Origin: Anaerolineae bacterium | GTDB lineage: Bacteria; Chloroflexota; Anaerolineae; DUEN01 | Direction: 5' to 3' | Assembly: GCA_034433615.1 (NCBI GenBank) | Contig: DAOUAJ010000135.1 | Coordinates: 1-53,141 of the forward strand | DNA: 53,141 nt | Shown: piece by piece, positions 33,720-43,242 of the stretch | Layout of the letters: the number at the start of each line of letters is the position of its first letter | Position numbering within the stretch: the first letter of the stretch is position 1 | Made by a program: the position numbers and the translations under genes | The notes under the pieces: generated by a model | What the model saw: the letters and a program-made list of their open reading frames with translations, nothing else | Told to the model about the DNA's origin: nothing | Database searches by the model: none

Positions 33720-36700
33720 ACGGTACGCTCTCCATGCTCCCCAGAACCACCATCGGTAGATACGATTGAGGGGACATGGCCGTCGGTGTGGGTGTCCTGG
33801 TGAGTGTAGGAGTAGGGGTTGACGTGCTGGTTGCCCTGAGTGTAGCTGAAGGGGTGGGCGTCGGGGTGGCAGTAGGCTGGGCATAGACGCCGAAATCACG
33901 CCCCGTCTCGCCGCCCGCGGGTACGTACAACAATGCCTGCGAGAAGGTCGAGAAGGCATAGCCCTCCGGTGCCACAGCTACCAACAGGTAATTGGCGTTG
34001 GGAGCCACGTTCTCAAACAGGTAATAGCCGTCGGCACCGCTGACACGGCTGTCAATCAACATGCCCGAGCGATAGAGCTCCAGGCGCACCCCTGGCTGCC
34101 CGACCTCGTCTGCATCTTTGATGCCGTCACGGTCCAGGTCGTTCCACACCTGACCACGCACCCGGCCGCCCGGTGGTGTGGCTGTAGGCGTAGACGTGGG
34201 GCTGGCCGTCGCGGTAGGAGTGAAAGTTGGCGTTGCTGTGGGTGTGGGCGTCACGGTCAGCGTGCGAGTGGGAACAGGCGTCAAAGGCGTAGGGGTGGGG
34301 GTAAATGTCGGTTCCCACTGAATCAGGGTGCCATCGAGGTACAACTGCCCCCAGTCTGGTGAACTGGTCGTCGTCTGGTTGCCTTCCCACACCATGTGAT
34401 TTTGCCATTCACCTCCCCGGCCACCATCATCATCCCGTAGCGCCCACGTGAACCCCAGTACGCGATCAACGGTTAGGGAACTCAGGTTCATCACAGCGCG
34501 TGGGATGGCGATCTCCATGTCGAACCCATCTGGCGCTTCGCGTGTGAACAACGTGATGCCCGAGACCGGAGAGCCGAACCGGCCCACCCGGCCGTCTACC
34601 ACGAAGGTGAACTGGTGATCGTCGGCACGATAAGGAACGTGGTCGTGCAGGCCGTCAATCCCCATCTCGATAGCATCGTCCCACCACATCTTGTCACTAT
34701 CAGCCACCAGCACGTCGTCCAGCACGTGAATGGCGAAGTAGAGATTCTCTGCATCCCAGGCCGAGCGGATCGTCGCCGTGAAGTCTTGAGGTTTCGGGGT
34801 GGAGCGCGGCGCAACGAAATGCGCCGTTGTGGGATCGAGCAGGACCGTGCCGTTAGATGGCCAATCGCTGATGTCGCCGTTGACGGCCGGCGGCGTGAGG
34901 GCCTGGTAGCTCAGCAGCGTACGCGTGTCGAATGTCGGCGTGACGCTTGCCCTGAGCGTAGCCGAAGGGGTGGGCGTAGGTGTTACCGTCGGCGTAGGCG
35001 TCACAGTAGTGGTTGGAGTGGGGCCTGTAGGCGTAGCCGTCGGGGTCGCGGTCGGCGGCGTGCCGCCACCCCCACCGTAGTGCCAGATATGCCCCTCGCT
35101 GTCGCCCACCCACACATCGTCCTCAGCCAACGCGAACAGCGACACCAGGTTGGCCGACGTGGGCGGAGCTACCATCGGCTGCCATGTCTGGCCATCCATC
35201 GTGCGGTAGACGCTCCCTTGCCAGCCTACAGCGTACCCCACCGTCGCGTTCACCATCTGCAGTTGCTCCAGGACCACCGGCACGGCTGCCTGTTGCTGGA
35301 ATGTGGGAACGTCTGCCGTTGCATTGCTGATCTGAAGAATCGTGCTGGGTGACTCGCCGGGTGGCGCATCCTCCAACGTAGTAGCGATCCAGCCGGTATT
35401 GGTGTCTACAAAGCTGATGTCGTAGGCATAGCGGTTGACATTGAACTCGCTCGGCCACATCTTCCGGCCCCAGCTCGCGCCGTTATTGAAGGTCGTATAC
35501 AGGCGCCCTTTGGCAGCCGCGTAGCAGATGTCAGGGGTAGGGCACTCGATGGCGCGCACCACGTAGTTGTTACTGACGCTTACGGGACTGAAGTAGTAAC
35601 CGTCGGTCGCACGGAACAGGTAATTGTAGGTGGTGCCCACCAGGACGGTGTCGGGCCTGCCGGTCCACAGCACGGAGTACAGGAAACCGCCGTAGGAGAT
35701 GCTTTTGATCGCGCTTTGCCAGGATACACCACCGTCGAGGGTGCGCAGGATGGTGCCGTAACGTCCCACCACCCAGCAGGTGTTGGTGTCCTTGCAATGG
35801 ATGGCCGAGAAGAAAGCTTTGTTCACAGTTTGCCCGTGGCTGGTTAACTCTATCCATGTGTTACCTCCATCTGTCGTTTTGTAGATGAAGGCATTCCCAG
35901 ACTCCTCGGTCCATTCCGGTCCCCCTGCTGCATAGCCAATTTCTGGGCTAGGGAAGTAAATACTCCACACCTTGATTGAAGGGGGGGCCTTGGGCACTGT
36001 GAACTTCAGTTGCCACCCGGTGCCAACGGGTGTCGAACTGGGCGTCGGCGTCGGTGTACCGGTGGGAGTGGGGGTCACTGTCGGCGTCGGTGTGTCACTT
36101 GCTCCGGGGGTAGCTGAAGGGGTGTAGGTCGGAGTGGCCGTTGGGGTTAAGGTCTCCGTCAGCGTAGCGGTGGGTGTCGGAGTCTCTGTTGGCGTCTCAG
36201 TGTCGGTTGGGGTTACCGTTGGGGTCGAGGTGTTCGTAGGGGTCGGCGTCAAAGTTGCGGTGGGCGTCAGCGTCGGCGTTGGCGTGGTGGCTGCATTGGG
36301 GAAGTTCACCGTCGTGGTGGCCCGCGCTGCCACCATGACCGGCACCACGGGCACGCGCGCAACATATCCGGCGGGCGCCACCAGCTCTTCCACCACATAC
36401 GGCCCCGGCAGTAAGCCGGCGAAGGCATAGGCGCCGTCACTGCCGGTCACCCACGAGTTGATGAGGACACCACTCTGACGCAGGACGATGAGCGCGCTGG
36501 CTAACAAACTCTCGCCTGGTTGATAGAAGTAGTCGCCGTTGGCATCATTGAACACCACGCCCGCGATGGCTCCTGTTTCCGGTGTGGCGGTGGGCGTTTC
36601 TGTTGGGGTGCTCGTAGGCGTTCCCGTAGATGTCTCTGTTGGAGTAAGTGTCGGGGTCTCCGTTGCTGTGGCGGTTGGGGTCTCTGTGGCCGTGTCCGTA

Positions 36701-36861
36701 GGTGTGACTGTGGGAGTCTGATCTTCTTGCCAGGTCAGGGCCGCACTGCTGGGAGCTCTCCCTCCCCACCACATCAGGAACCCCACCATGATCACCGCGA
36801 TCCAAACTGATCCTCGCCGCCTCTCCACTTCCCTGCCTCCTGATGACAGCCGATTGGCCAC
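33718..36861 (-). CDS. 1047-aa multidomain cell-surface protein (2x SdrD-B/Cna-B-like, BNR/Ycf48-like beta-propeller, CBM9/DOMON-like) joined by T/P-rich linkers
   Basis: N-terminal anchor and five TPTxTPT linkers. Motifs seen: VFNDANGDYFYQPGE and VWNDLDRDGIKDADE (SdrD-B-like); TTDGGNTW, TLDGGVSW, TFNNGASW, TMDGQTW (Asp-box-like); AWDAENLYFAIHVLDD...WWDDAIEMGIDG (CBM9-like). Confidence 0.85.
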   Translation of the reverse strand: MANRLSSGGREVERRRGSVWIAVIMVGFLMWWGGRAPSSAALTWQEDQTPTVTPTDTATETPTATATETPTLTPTETSTGTPTSTPTETPTATPETGAIAGVVFNDANGDYFYQPGESLLASALIVLRQSGVLINSWVTGSDGAYAFAGLLPGPYVVEELVAPAGYVARVPVVPVMVAARATTTVNFPNAATTPTPTLTPTATLTPTPTNTSTPTVTPTDTETPTETPTPTATLTETLTPTATPTYTPSATPGASDTPTPTVTPTPTGTPTPTPSSTPVGTGWQLKFTVPKAPPSIKVWSIYFPSPEIGYAAGGPEWTEESGNAFIYKTTDGGNTWIELTSHGQTVNKAFFSAIHCKDTNTCWVVGRYGTILRTLDGGVSWQSAIKSISYGGFLYSVLWTGRPDTVLVGTTYNYLFRATDGYYFSPVSVSNNYVVRAIECPTPDICYAAAKGRLYTTFNNGASWGRKMWPSEFNVNRYAYDISFVDTNTGWIATTLEDAPPGESPSTILQISNATADVPTFQQQAAVPVVLEQLQMVNATVGYAVGWQGSVYRTMDGQTWQPMVAPPTSANLVSLFALAEDDVWVGDSEGHIWHYGGGGGTPPTATPTATPTGPTPTTTVTPTPTVTPTPTPSATLRASVTPTFDTRTLLSYQALTPPAVNGDISDWPSNGTVLLDPTTAHFVAPRSTPKPQDFTATIRSAWDAENLYFAIHVLDDVLVADSDKMWWDDAIEMGIDGLHDHVPYRADDHQFTFVVDGRVGRFGSPVSGITLFTREAPDGFDMEIAIPRAVMNLSSLTVDRVLGFTWALRDDDGGRGGEWQNHMVWEGNQTTTSSPDWGQLYLDGTLIQWEPTFTPTPTPLTPVPTRTLTVTPTPTATPTFTPTATASPTSTPTATPPGGRVRGQVWNDLDRDGIKDADEVGQPGVRLELYRSGMLIDSRVSGADGYYLFENVAPNANYLLVAVAPEGYAFSTFSQALLYVPAGGETGRDFGVYAQPTATPTPTPSATLRATSTSTPTPTLTRTPTPTAMSPQSYLPMVVLGSMESVP

Positions 36862-36997
36862 TGTCTGGTGGCCTCAAACAGGGGGTTATTATCGCGCGCA
36901 AGGATGAAGACAGGATGAACGCAAATCCGGCGTGAGATGACGAAATCATCATCTTGACGCCCAACCCGAACGGGCCGGAACCAAGACACGACGGACG

Positions 36998-37474
36998 TCA
37001 GCGGATCGCCAGGCCGGCCGTCCAATCGTAGCCAATCTCCGGGTCATCATGTGGAATGCGTCCCTCGTCGCTGGGGTCGTAGACGCCGGACGTCACGTAG
37101 AGCAGGTGGGCTTCGGCGCTCAACACGCGGCAGCCGTGCGCCACTCCGGGAGGGATCTTGAGGACAATTGGCGGGTAGTTGTCGCCCATCAGCAACTCCT
37201 GAAGCTGACGGAAGGTCGGGCTATCCGAGCGTGTATCGTACAGGGCTACCTTCAGGCTGCCGATGGGCACGTACCACCAATCCGTTTGCCGCCGATGGAT
37301 ATGCCAGGCTTTGACCACGCCGTAGTACATGCGGCTGTGGCTGAGCTGGCCGAACGCGCCTGCACCGAAGAATGGGTCTGTCACCCGGATCAGCTCCCGA
37401 AAGAACCCGCGATCATCAGCGTGGGTGACCAATTCCTTGATTTCCACTCCATGTAATCGCGTTGACGTGCTCAT
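36998..37474 (-). CDS. dTDP-4-dehydrorhamnose 3,5-epimerase-like cupin (RmlC family)
   Basis: DDRGFFRE...KAWHIHRRQTDWWYVPIGSLKVALYD...IPPGVAHG...YDPSDEGRIPHDDPEIGYDW. Confidence 0.8.
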   Translation of the reverse strand: MSTSTRLHGVEIKELVTHADDRGFFRELIRVTDPFFGAGAFGQLSHSRMYYGVVKAWHIHRRQTDWWYVPIGSLKVALYDTRSDSPTFRQLQELLMGDNYPPIVLKIPPGVAHGCRVLSAEAHLLYVTSGVYDPSDEGRIPHDDPEIGYDWTAGLAIR

Positions 37475-37568
37475 GCCTTCTCCTTGCAGCAGCTTTCCGT
37501 GACTTCACCCTGCTTTCCCCACCCTTCAGCTAAAGCATCATACCACGCGGTGGCAGGCTATGCAAAGG

Positions 37569-37597
37569 TTGACAGCCATACCCCTGTCCACTACAAT
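37569..37597 (+). promoter_or_regulatory. Sigma70-like promoter (TTGACA-N17-TACAAT)
   Basis: Hexamers at 37569-37574 and 37592-37597, 67 nt upstream of the 37665 start (SD GGGAGGTGA). Confidence 0.55.
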
Positions 37598-37664
37598 GCC
37601 AAAGTCGGCTAACTGGTTTGAACACACCCTGCCAAATTCAATGGAATATGGGAGGTGAAAGAAG

Positions 37665-38588
37665 ATGCAACGCCCCTGGGACTCTCTGTTGACGTTAAGC
37701 GTAGTCCATTTTATGGCGTTCCCGGAATGCATGGGGGGCACTGGTCCCATCGCTGAGACGTTGACCCGACTGGCTCTGGACGACTTCTTCGGTGCGGCCG
37801 AGATCACCTGGATCAAGGACCCGGTCGAACGGGCGCGGGTTCGCAGCATCGCCGAGCAAAGCAGGCTAAAGCTAGGATACGGTGCGCAGCCCACGTTGCT
37901 GATGCAGAAGCTCAGCCTCAACGATCTGGACCCGGATGGCCGGCGCAGAGCGGTGGCTCAGATCAAAGCGTGCATTGACGAGGCGGCGGAATTGGGATGC
38001 GCGCGGGTGGCGTTCCTGGCAGGGCCTGACCCGGGCGATGCGGATCGCGAGCGGGCGCTGGACCTGCTGGCAGCTTCCATCACCGAGCTGTGCCACTACG
38101 CTCAGGACAAGGGGATCGCCCTGACGTTGGAGACTTTTGATCGCACGGTGGATAAGAAGTCGCTGATCGGCCCGTCCGAGCTGGCGGCGCAGTTTGCAGC
38201 CCGCATTCGGGCGGATTTCCCCAGCTTCGGCCTGATGTACGATCTGAGCCACATGCCGCTGCTGGGCGAATCGGCTCTTCCGGCATTGTCCACGTTGAAA
38301 GATCACCTGGTGCACATCCACGTCGGTAACTGCGTCATGACGCCCGGGCGGGTGGCGTATGGCGACCAGCACCCGCGCTTTGGCTTCCCTGGCGGGGAGA
38401 ACGATGTGCCCGAGCTGGCCGGATTCCTGGCAGCTCTATTTGAGGTGGGGTATCTCAAGCAAGGTGCGACGGTTGGTGATAAGCCCTGGGTAGGCTTCGA
38501 GGTGAAGCCGGTGGCGGGGGAGTCTTCGGAGTTGATCCTGGCCAACACCAAGCGCGCCTGGCAGCAGGCCTGGGCGCGGTTGCCATGA
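37665..38588 (+). CDS. Xylose-isomerase-like TIM-barrel sugar phosphate isomerase/epimerase
   Basis: 307 aa. Pattern ...AAELGCARVAFLAGP...LTLETFDR...YDLSHMPLLGE...HIHVGNC... is typical of the AP-endonuclease-2/xylose-isomerase-like fold. Confidence 0.75.
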   Translation: MQRPWDSLLTLSVVHFMAFPECMGGTGPIAETLTRLALDDFFGAAEITWIKDPVERARVRSIAEQSRLKLGYGAQPTLLMQKLSLNDLDPDGRRRAVAQIKACIDEAAELGCARVAFLAGPDPGDADRERALDLLAASITELCHYAQDKGIALTLETFDRTVDKKSLIGPSELAAQFAARIRADFPSFGLMYDLSHMPLLGESALPALSTLKDHLVHIHVGNCVMTPGRVAYGDQHPRFGFPGGENDVPELAGFLAALFEVGYLKQGATVGDKPWVGFEVKPVAGESSELILANTKRAWQQAWARLP

Positions 38589-38681
38589 GTCCAACGTCAC
38601 AACGGATGAAAACGACCGGCAGTCCGCACTGCGCGGCCAGCGGCCGTTGTTCTCAGGGCGGCGTTGGGTCTTCTCCCTAGA

Positions 38682-39032
38682 CTACGCCGCCTGTTCAAGT
38701 CGCTCGGATTCGGTCAAGTAGCGAGTGATCTCGGCCTGGGCACGGTGATAAAGGCGCAACAGGTCGGTGTCAGTGCCTTTGAATTGCATGATCGTCTGGC
38801 GCGAGCACGCTGCACAGCCGCGCATGAATCTATAGCTACCGTTCGTGCACTTCAGACATCCGTTCAAGCGAATCATCATCAGACAGAAGGCCAGGCTGTC
38901 CGGATGGGTCTCCGGTAATTCGGCTGTGCGCGCGACCAGCTCTTGCCATTCTGCCTCCCGTAGCTCCTTCAATTCCGGGATCACATGGGACGGAAAAAGG
39001 ATCTCCGCTTTAGGGTGCACAGATACAGACAT
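38682..39032 (-). CDS. Small Cys-rich (CxxC...CxxC) protein, function unknown
   Basis: 116 aa with NGCLKCTNGSYRFMRGCAACS. It starts 35 nt downstream of the nuoI stop on the same strand. Confidence 0.55.
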   Translation of the reverse strand: MSVSVHPKAEILFPSHVIPELKELREAEWQELVARTAELPETHPDSLAFCLMMIRLNGCLKCTNGSYRFMRGCAACSRQTIMQFKGTDTDLLRLYHRAQAEITRYLTESERLEQAA

Positions 39033-39066
39033 GACTCTTCCTTTCAGGAGGGTGAGAAGGCGACGG

Positions 39067-39846
39067 CTACGATTTCTCCCCCTCCTCCTTTGCTTGCCGC
39101 TGAGCGCGCCGGGCTGCCGCTTCCGCTTTGCGCCGTTCGATCTCTTCAGAGGTCAACCTGGGCCTTGCCGGCGCGGGTGCTTCTGCCTTGCGCTGCTTAG
39201 CCTCCTCGGCAGCGGGCTTGCCGCCGGCCGTCTGGGCTGCCGGAGCGCCTTCCGTCCGGGCCGCCCGGCTTTCCGCCTTGGCCTCCCTCTTCGCCGCTCT
39301 GGCCGCCTCTTCTTCAGCAAACTGAGTGGGACATAGAGCCGCGTAATACTCGACGGGGGCCATTAGTGTTTGCTTGTCGTACACCAGTTGCGGGTATCGT
39401 TCATACACCGATAGTTCGAAGTCGTGGTTCATCTTGATGGCGTCAAAGGGACAGAACTCGGCGCAGAAGCCACAGCCCATGCAGATGGAGACATCAATGT
39501 GGAACTCGGCTGGCCGGGTGATCGGCTTGCCGCTCTCGTCCTGATCGCGCACGATCCAGATGCACTGGGGCGGGCACACCTTAGCGCAGATGCCGCAAGC
39601 GGTACAGCGCTCTTCTCCTGTCTCCGGGTCGAAGAGGAGCATGGGAATGAACCGGAACCGCTCTGGAATCAGCCGTTTCTCCTCCGGGTACTGGATGGTG
39701 AAAATGCCCTCTTCATCAGGCATCTGGCGCACAATGTCTCGCCCACCTGCATAGCGGCTGGGTATCTTACGCAGGTCATCAATGTAAGTGTTGACCAGGT
39801 GCTTCATGGTCACGCCCAGCCCCTTCAACACTCCTAATCCGAACAT
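39067..39846 (-). CDS. nuoI: NADH:quinone oxidoreductase subunit I (2x[4Fe-4S]) with a ~90-aa charged C-terminal tail
   Basis: CTACGICAKVCP and CMGCGFCAEFCP. After about aa 170 comes an Ala/Glu/Lys/Arg-rich tail containing RLTSEEIERRKAEAAARRAQ. Confidence 0.9.
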   Translation of the reverse strand: MFGLGVLKGLGVTMKHLVNTYIDDLRKIPSRYAGGRDIVRQMPDEEGIFTIQYPEEKRLIPERFRFIPMLLFDPETGEERCTACGICAKVCPPQCIWIVRDQDESGKPITRPAEFHIDVSICMGCGFCAEFCPFDAIKMNHDFELSVYERYPQLVYDKQTLMAPVEYYAALCPTQFAEEEAARAAKREAKAESRAARTEGAPAAQTAGGKPAAEEAKQRKAEAPAPARPRLTSEEIERRKAEAAARRAQRQAKEEGEKS

Positions 39847-39870
39847 GTCTCCCCCCAGTGTGATCCAGCG

Positions 39871-41628
39871 CTAGCGATCTACTTCGCCCAATACGATGTC
39901 AATGGACCCTAGATTGATGATGGTGTCAGCCACTTTGTAGCCGATAGACATCGGCCCCAACGCGGTCAGGTTGATGAAGCTGGGGGCCCGTATGCGGTAG
40001 CGGAAGGGGTTGGGGCTGCCGTCACTGACGATGTAAAACCCCAGCTCACCCTTGGGTGCCTCAATCCGGCTGTAGGCTTCACCGGGGGGCACGCGAAAAG
40101 AATACTGCTTCTTGCCGCTCAGGACCTCACCACCTGGAATGTCCTTTAACGCCTGCCGCAGGATACGCACGGCCTGGCGGATCTCCTCCACCCGGACCCG
40201 ATAACGATCATACACATCGCCGCCATAGAACACCGGAATGTCAAATTCAAAACGGTCGTAGATGCAATAAGGTTCCGCCTTGCGGATGTCGTATTGCACG
40301 CCCGACGCGCGCAGAAGCGGTCCGGTCACACTCAACGCGACCACGTCCTCCGCGGAGAGGTATCCGACCCCCTTACAGCGGGCCACCAGGATCTCGTTAT
40401 TCGTTAACAGTTGCTCCAGTTCATCAACCCTCTTCGGCAGCCGACTGACCACCTGGCGGCACTGATCCAGCCACTCTTCGGAGACGTCATAGGCGACCCC
40501 GCCGAAGCGCATGTAATTGCACATCATGCGGCTTCCTGAGGCCGCCTCAAACAAGTCCAGGATCAACTCTCGTTCTTCCAGGGCGTACAGCACCGGCGTG
40601 AAGTATGCGCCCAGATCATTGAGCAGGAAACCGATGGCTGCGAAGTGGTTGATCACGCGGGTCAGTTCGGCCATGATCACTCGAATGTACTGAGCTCGCT
40701 CCGGAACTTCCAGCCCCATTAACCTCTCCACCGCCAGCGCGTAACCCAGGTTGTTCGACATGGAGCAGAAATAGTCCAGACGATCGGTGAACGGCATGTT
40801 CATCAGGTACGTATTACGTTCACCGATCTTCTCATGGTTGCGGTGGAGATACCCCATCTCCGGCTCCAGAGCGACGATCGTCTCCCCTTCCAATGTCACC
40901 ACCATGCGGAACACGCCGTGGGTGCTGGGGTGCTGAGGCCCCATATTGACGACGATCCGCTCGGTTTTCAGTCCGTCTCCGTCCATGGACGGCGGCTCAA
41001 CCGGCAAGCGATACTGGGTGATGGGCTGTTGCCATGCGGCCGGGTCCCAGCCGTCCGGGTAGATGACGTTGTCGTGCCAGGGCACGCGCTCCTCGGCCCA
41101 GGTGTGGTGGCCGGCCGGGTGGCGGCTGCGGAACGGCTTGTGATCCTCTTCGTAGTAAGCCTCATGCCAGTCTTTGCGCATGGGATGCCCGTTAAACCCT
41201 TCCCACAGCAGGATGCGCCGCAGGTTCGGGTGACCGACGAAGCGAATGCCGTAGAGATCCCAGATCTCGCGCTCCTGCAGCTCGGCACCGGGCCACACGG
41301 AGACCGCTGACGGCAACTGGGGCGATGATTCCGGCATGCGCACTTTCAGCACGAGCGGCCCACCGCCGCGCCGGGTAGAGTAAAGGTGATAGACCACCTC
41401 AAAGCGGTTGGAGGCATCGCGCCCTTTGTATCCCAGGTAGTCCACACCTGTGACATTGGAAAGGAGATCGTAACCCTCGTGGTCTCGCAGGTACCGTCCC
41501 AATGGCAACAGCTTGTCTGCCGCCACGACCAGAGAGCCGTTCTCCAGCCGTTCTACCACAGCGCCTGGCACAGCGTCATTGTACGGCAAAGCTTCTCGGA
41601 TTTCTACAGTTGTTTCAGGCATGATCAC
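39871..41628 (-). CDS. nuoCD: Fused NADH:quinone oxidoreductase subunits C and D
   Basis: NuoC-like N-terminal region ([25 protein letters not shown]) and NuoD region ([21 protein letters not shown]...[12 protein letters not shown]). There are no Ni-binding CxxC motifs. Confidence 0.92.
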   Translation of the reverse strand: MIMPETTVEIREALPYNDAVPGAVVERLENGSLVVAADKLLPLGRYLRDHEGYDLLSNVTGVDYLGYKGRDASNRFEVVYHLYSTRRGGGPLVLKVRMPESSPQLPSAVSVWPGAELQEREIWDLYGIRFVGHPNLRRILLWEGFNGHPMRKDWHEAYYEEDHKPFRSRHPAGHHTWAEERVPWHDNVIYPDGWDPAAWQQPITQYRLPVEPPSMDGDGLKTERIVVNMGPQHPSTHGVFRMVVTLEGETIVALEPEMGYLHRNHEKIGERNTYLMNMPFTDRLDYFCSMSNNLGYALAVERLMGLEVPERAQYIRVIMAELTRVINHFAAIGFLLNDLGAYFTPVLYALEERELILDLFEAASGSRMMCNYMRFGGVAYDVSEEWLDQCRQVVSRLPKRVDELEQLLTNNEILVARCKGVGYLSAEDVVALSVTGPLLRASGVQYDIRKAEPYCIYDRFEFDIPVFYGGDVYDRYRVRVEEIRQAVRILRQALKDIPGGEVLSGKKQYSFRVPPGEAYSRIEAPKGELGFYIVSDGSPNPFRYRIRAPSFINLTALGPMSIGYKVADTIINLGSIDIVLGEVDR

Positions 41629-41719
41629 TCCTTTTCGGATAAGGCAACGGGTAACGAGTTAACGAGTCAATGAGGGATAACGCCACAAGAACACGATAGA
41701 GTGTTCCCCCGGTGCCTCG

Positions 41720-42673
41720 TTATTTGTTGCCTTCTTCCGCTTTCTTCCGCTTTTCGAGGATCTCGGCCCGTCGCCGCAACGCCTCCTGCCGTCTCTGTTC
41801 GATCTCTTCCGGGCTCAACTTGCCGCCCGCCTGGGCGGTAGCTTCGGCTTTTGCCGCTTCAATCTGAGCGGTGGGCTCTGTGGCCTCCCCCTGTGGCTGC
41901 GCCTGCGCTCGACGGGCCTGCGCGGCCTGACGACGGCGCTCGATCTCTTCTGGACTGAGTTTGCCGCCCGGCCGCGCGGACGGGCTGCTCGCCTGGGCTG
42001 CCACCTCGGGTGCCACCACCTTGACCTCTTCCATTGCCGGTTTGGGGGCGAGGGTGCGTTGGCGGATCTCCGCCTCCCGGCGGGGATCAAAGAGGTCCGG
42101 CCCCAGCACAGGCACCGGGATAGCGTCTTGCGTCTCTTTGCGATACCAGGGGACCTGCATGATAGACTGGCAGGCAATCTTCTCTCGCAGCTTCAAGATG
42201 CCGTGCAGCAACGCTTCGGGAGTAGGCGGACAGCCAGGCACATACACATCCACCGGGATAAACTTGTCAATGCCGGAGACCACGTTGTACCCTTCCTTGA
42301 AGGGGCCACCGCCCGTTGCACAAGCGCCCATGGCGAGCACATAGCGGGGTTCGGCCATCTGGTTGTAGATGCGCACGATCTGCGGCACCATCTTCTTGGT
42401 CACCGTGCCCGAAACAATCATCAGGTCACTCTGGCGAGGCGACGGCCGCATGACCTCCATACCAAAACGCCCCATATCAAAGCGGCTGGCCGCCGTACAG
42501 ATCATTTCGATGGCGCAACACGCCAGGCCAAACATCATCGGCCACATGGACATCTGGCGTACCAGGTTGTACAGGCGATCAACCGAAGTGATGAAGAGAT
42601 TCCGTTGTAGATCGGCTGGAACCTGGTCATTGGGGTCCATCGCTTCGCTACGATTCATCGCACGTCTCTCCAT
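41720..42673 (-). CDS. nuoB: NADH:quinone oxidoreductase subunit B with a ~125-aa charged C-terminal tail
   Basis: [26 protein letters not shown] and VPGCPP (N2 cluster ligands). The tail has two copies of [10 protein letters not shown](R/Q)RRQ..A..RRA. The likely start is ATG 42658 (SD GGAGAGA). Confidence 0.9.
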   Translation of the reverse strand: MERRAMNRSEAMDPNDQVPADLQRNLFITSVDRLYNLVRQMSMWPMMFGLACCAIEMICTAASRFDMGRFGMEVMRPSPRQSDLMIVSGTVTKKMVPQIVRIYNQMAEPRYVLAMGACATGGGPFKEGYNVVSGIDKFIPVDVYVPGCPPTPEALLHGILKLREKIACQSIMQVPWYRKETQDAIPVPVLGPDLFDPRREAEIRQRTLAPKPAMEEVKVVAPEVAAQASSPSARPGGKLSPEEIERRRQAAQARRAQAQPQGEATEPTAQIEAAKAEATAQAGGKLSPEEIEQRRQEALRRRAEILEKRKKAEEGNK

Positions 42674-43031
42674 TCCATGTGAGTGATCTGATCATCAAGC
42701 CGGCAAGTCGTGGCTCTCATAGTAGTTGATTGCCATCAGCCTGTGATGTAGGCTCAATTCCGAAAATTCAGCCCCCTACCTGCCTCGCTCGGCATAGGTC
42801 CGCTGGATCAGGCTGAGAACAGGCGGGTAAAAGGCGAAAAAAGAGTTTCTACAGAGGGAGTTCCCTCCGCACCTCCCCTAGTGTGCTGGAGTGGCCGTCC
42901 ATGTTCGAGCGCAAAAGCACTCTCTTGCAGTCTGCTGAGCCTGACTATCCTGCTGGGAGTTCCCTGGGTGTCTGGCTGCAAGATGGGATCATTTTACAAT
43001 AGGATAAAGGGCGATGCAAGTAAATCGTGTC

Positions 43032-43060
43032 TTGCATTTCACCCCCTTCTGCGCTAGAAT
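43032..43060 (+). promoter_or_regulatory. Sigma70-like promoter (TTGCAT-N17-TAGAAT)
   Basis: Hexamers at 43032-43037 and 43055-43060. This would give folC a ~180-nt leader that contains the heptamer element. Confidence 0.4.
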
Positions 43061-43140
43061 TTATCGTAGAGTTCATACCTAAGCAAAAGGGGCGACTTCG
43101 CAGGCGTAGGTACGGTTTCCCTGGCCTGACTGGTCAAGAC

Positions 43141-43180
43141 AGGCTAACCGCTAATCGCTGATCAGCTTATTTCAGGGCAG
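43141..43180 (+). repeat. Short copy of the heptamer-array element plus junction (AGGCTAA CCGCTAA TCGCTGA TCAGCTT ATTTCAGGGCAG)
   Basis: Three NNGCTRA units and one inverted unit, followed by the same ATTT(T)CAGGGCAG junction seen at 47399-47412. Confidence 0.6.
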
Positions 43181-43242
43181 GCAGGGCAGTCTGTTCTGTG
43201 GCCAGACACCGGGGCTACAAACTGAAATGGCGGTGTGTCGAA

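Noticed and set aside
36134-36721. VGV/SVGV-rich plus-strand ORFs (36134-36430, 36539-36721).
   Set aside because: They are the reverse-complement reading of the TPTxTPT linker repeats of the 1047-aa surface protein and are not independent genes.
43061-43242. Possible THF or other riboswitch in the ~180-nt folC leader.
   Set aside because: No match to the THF-riboswitch conserved segments as I recall them. Most of the leader is the heptamer/junction repeat copy.
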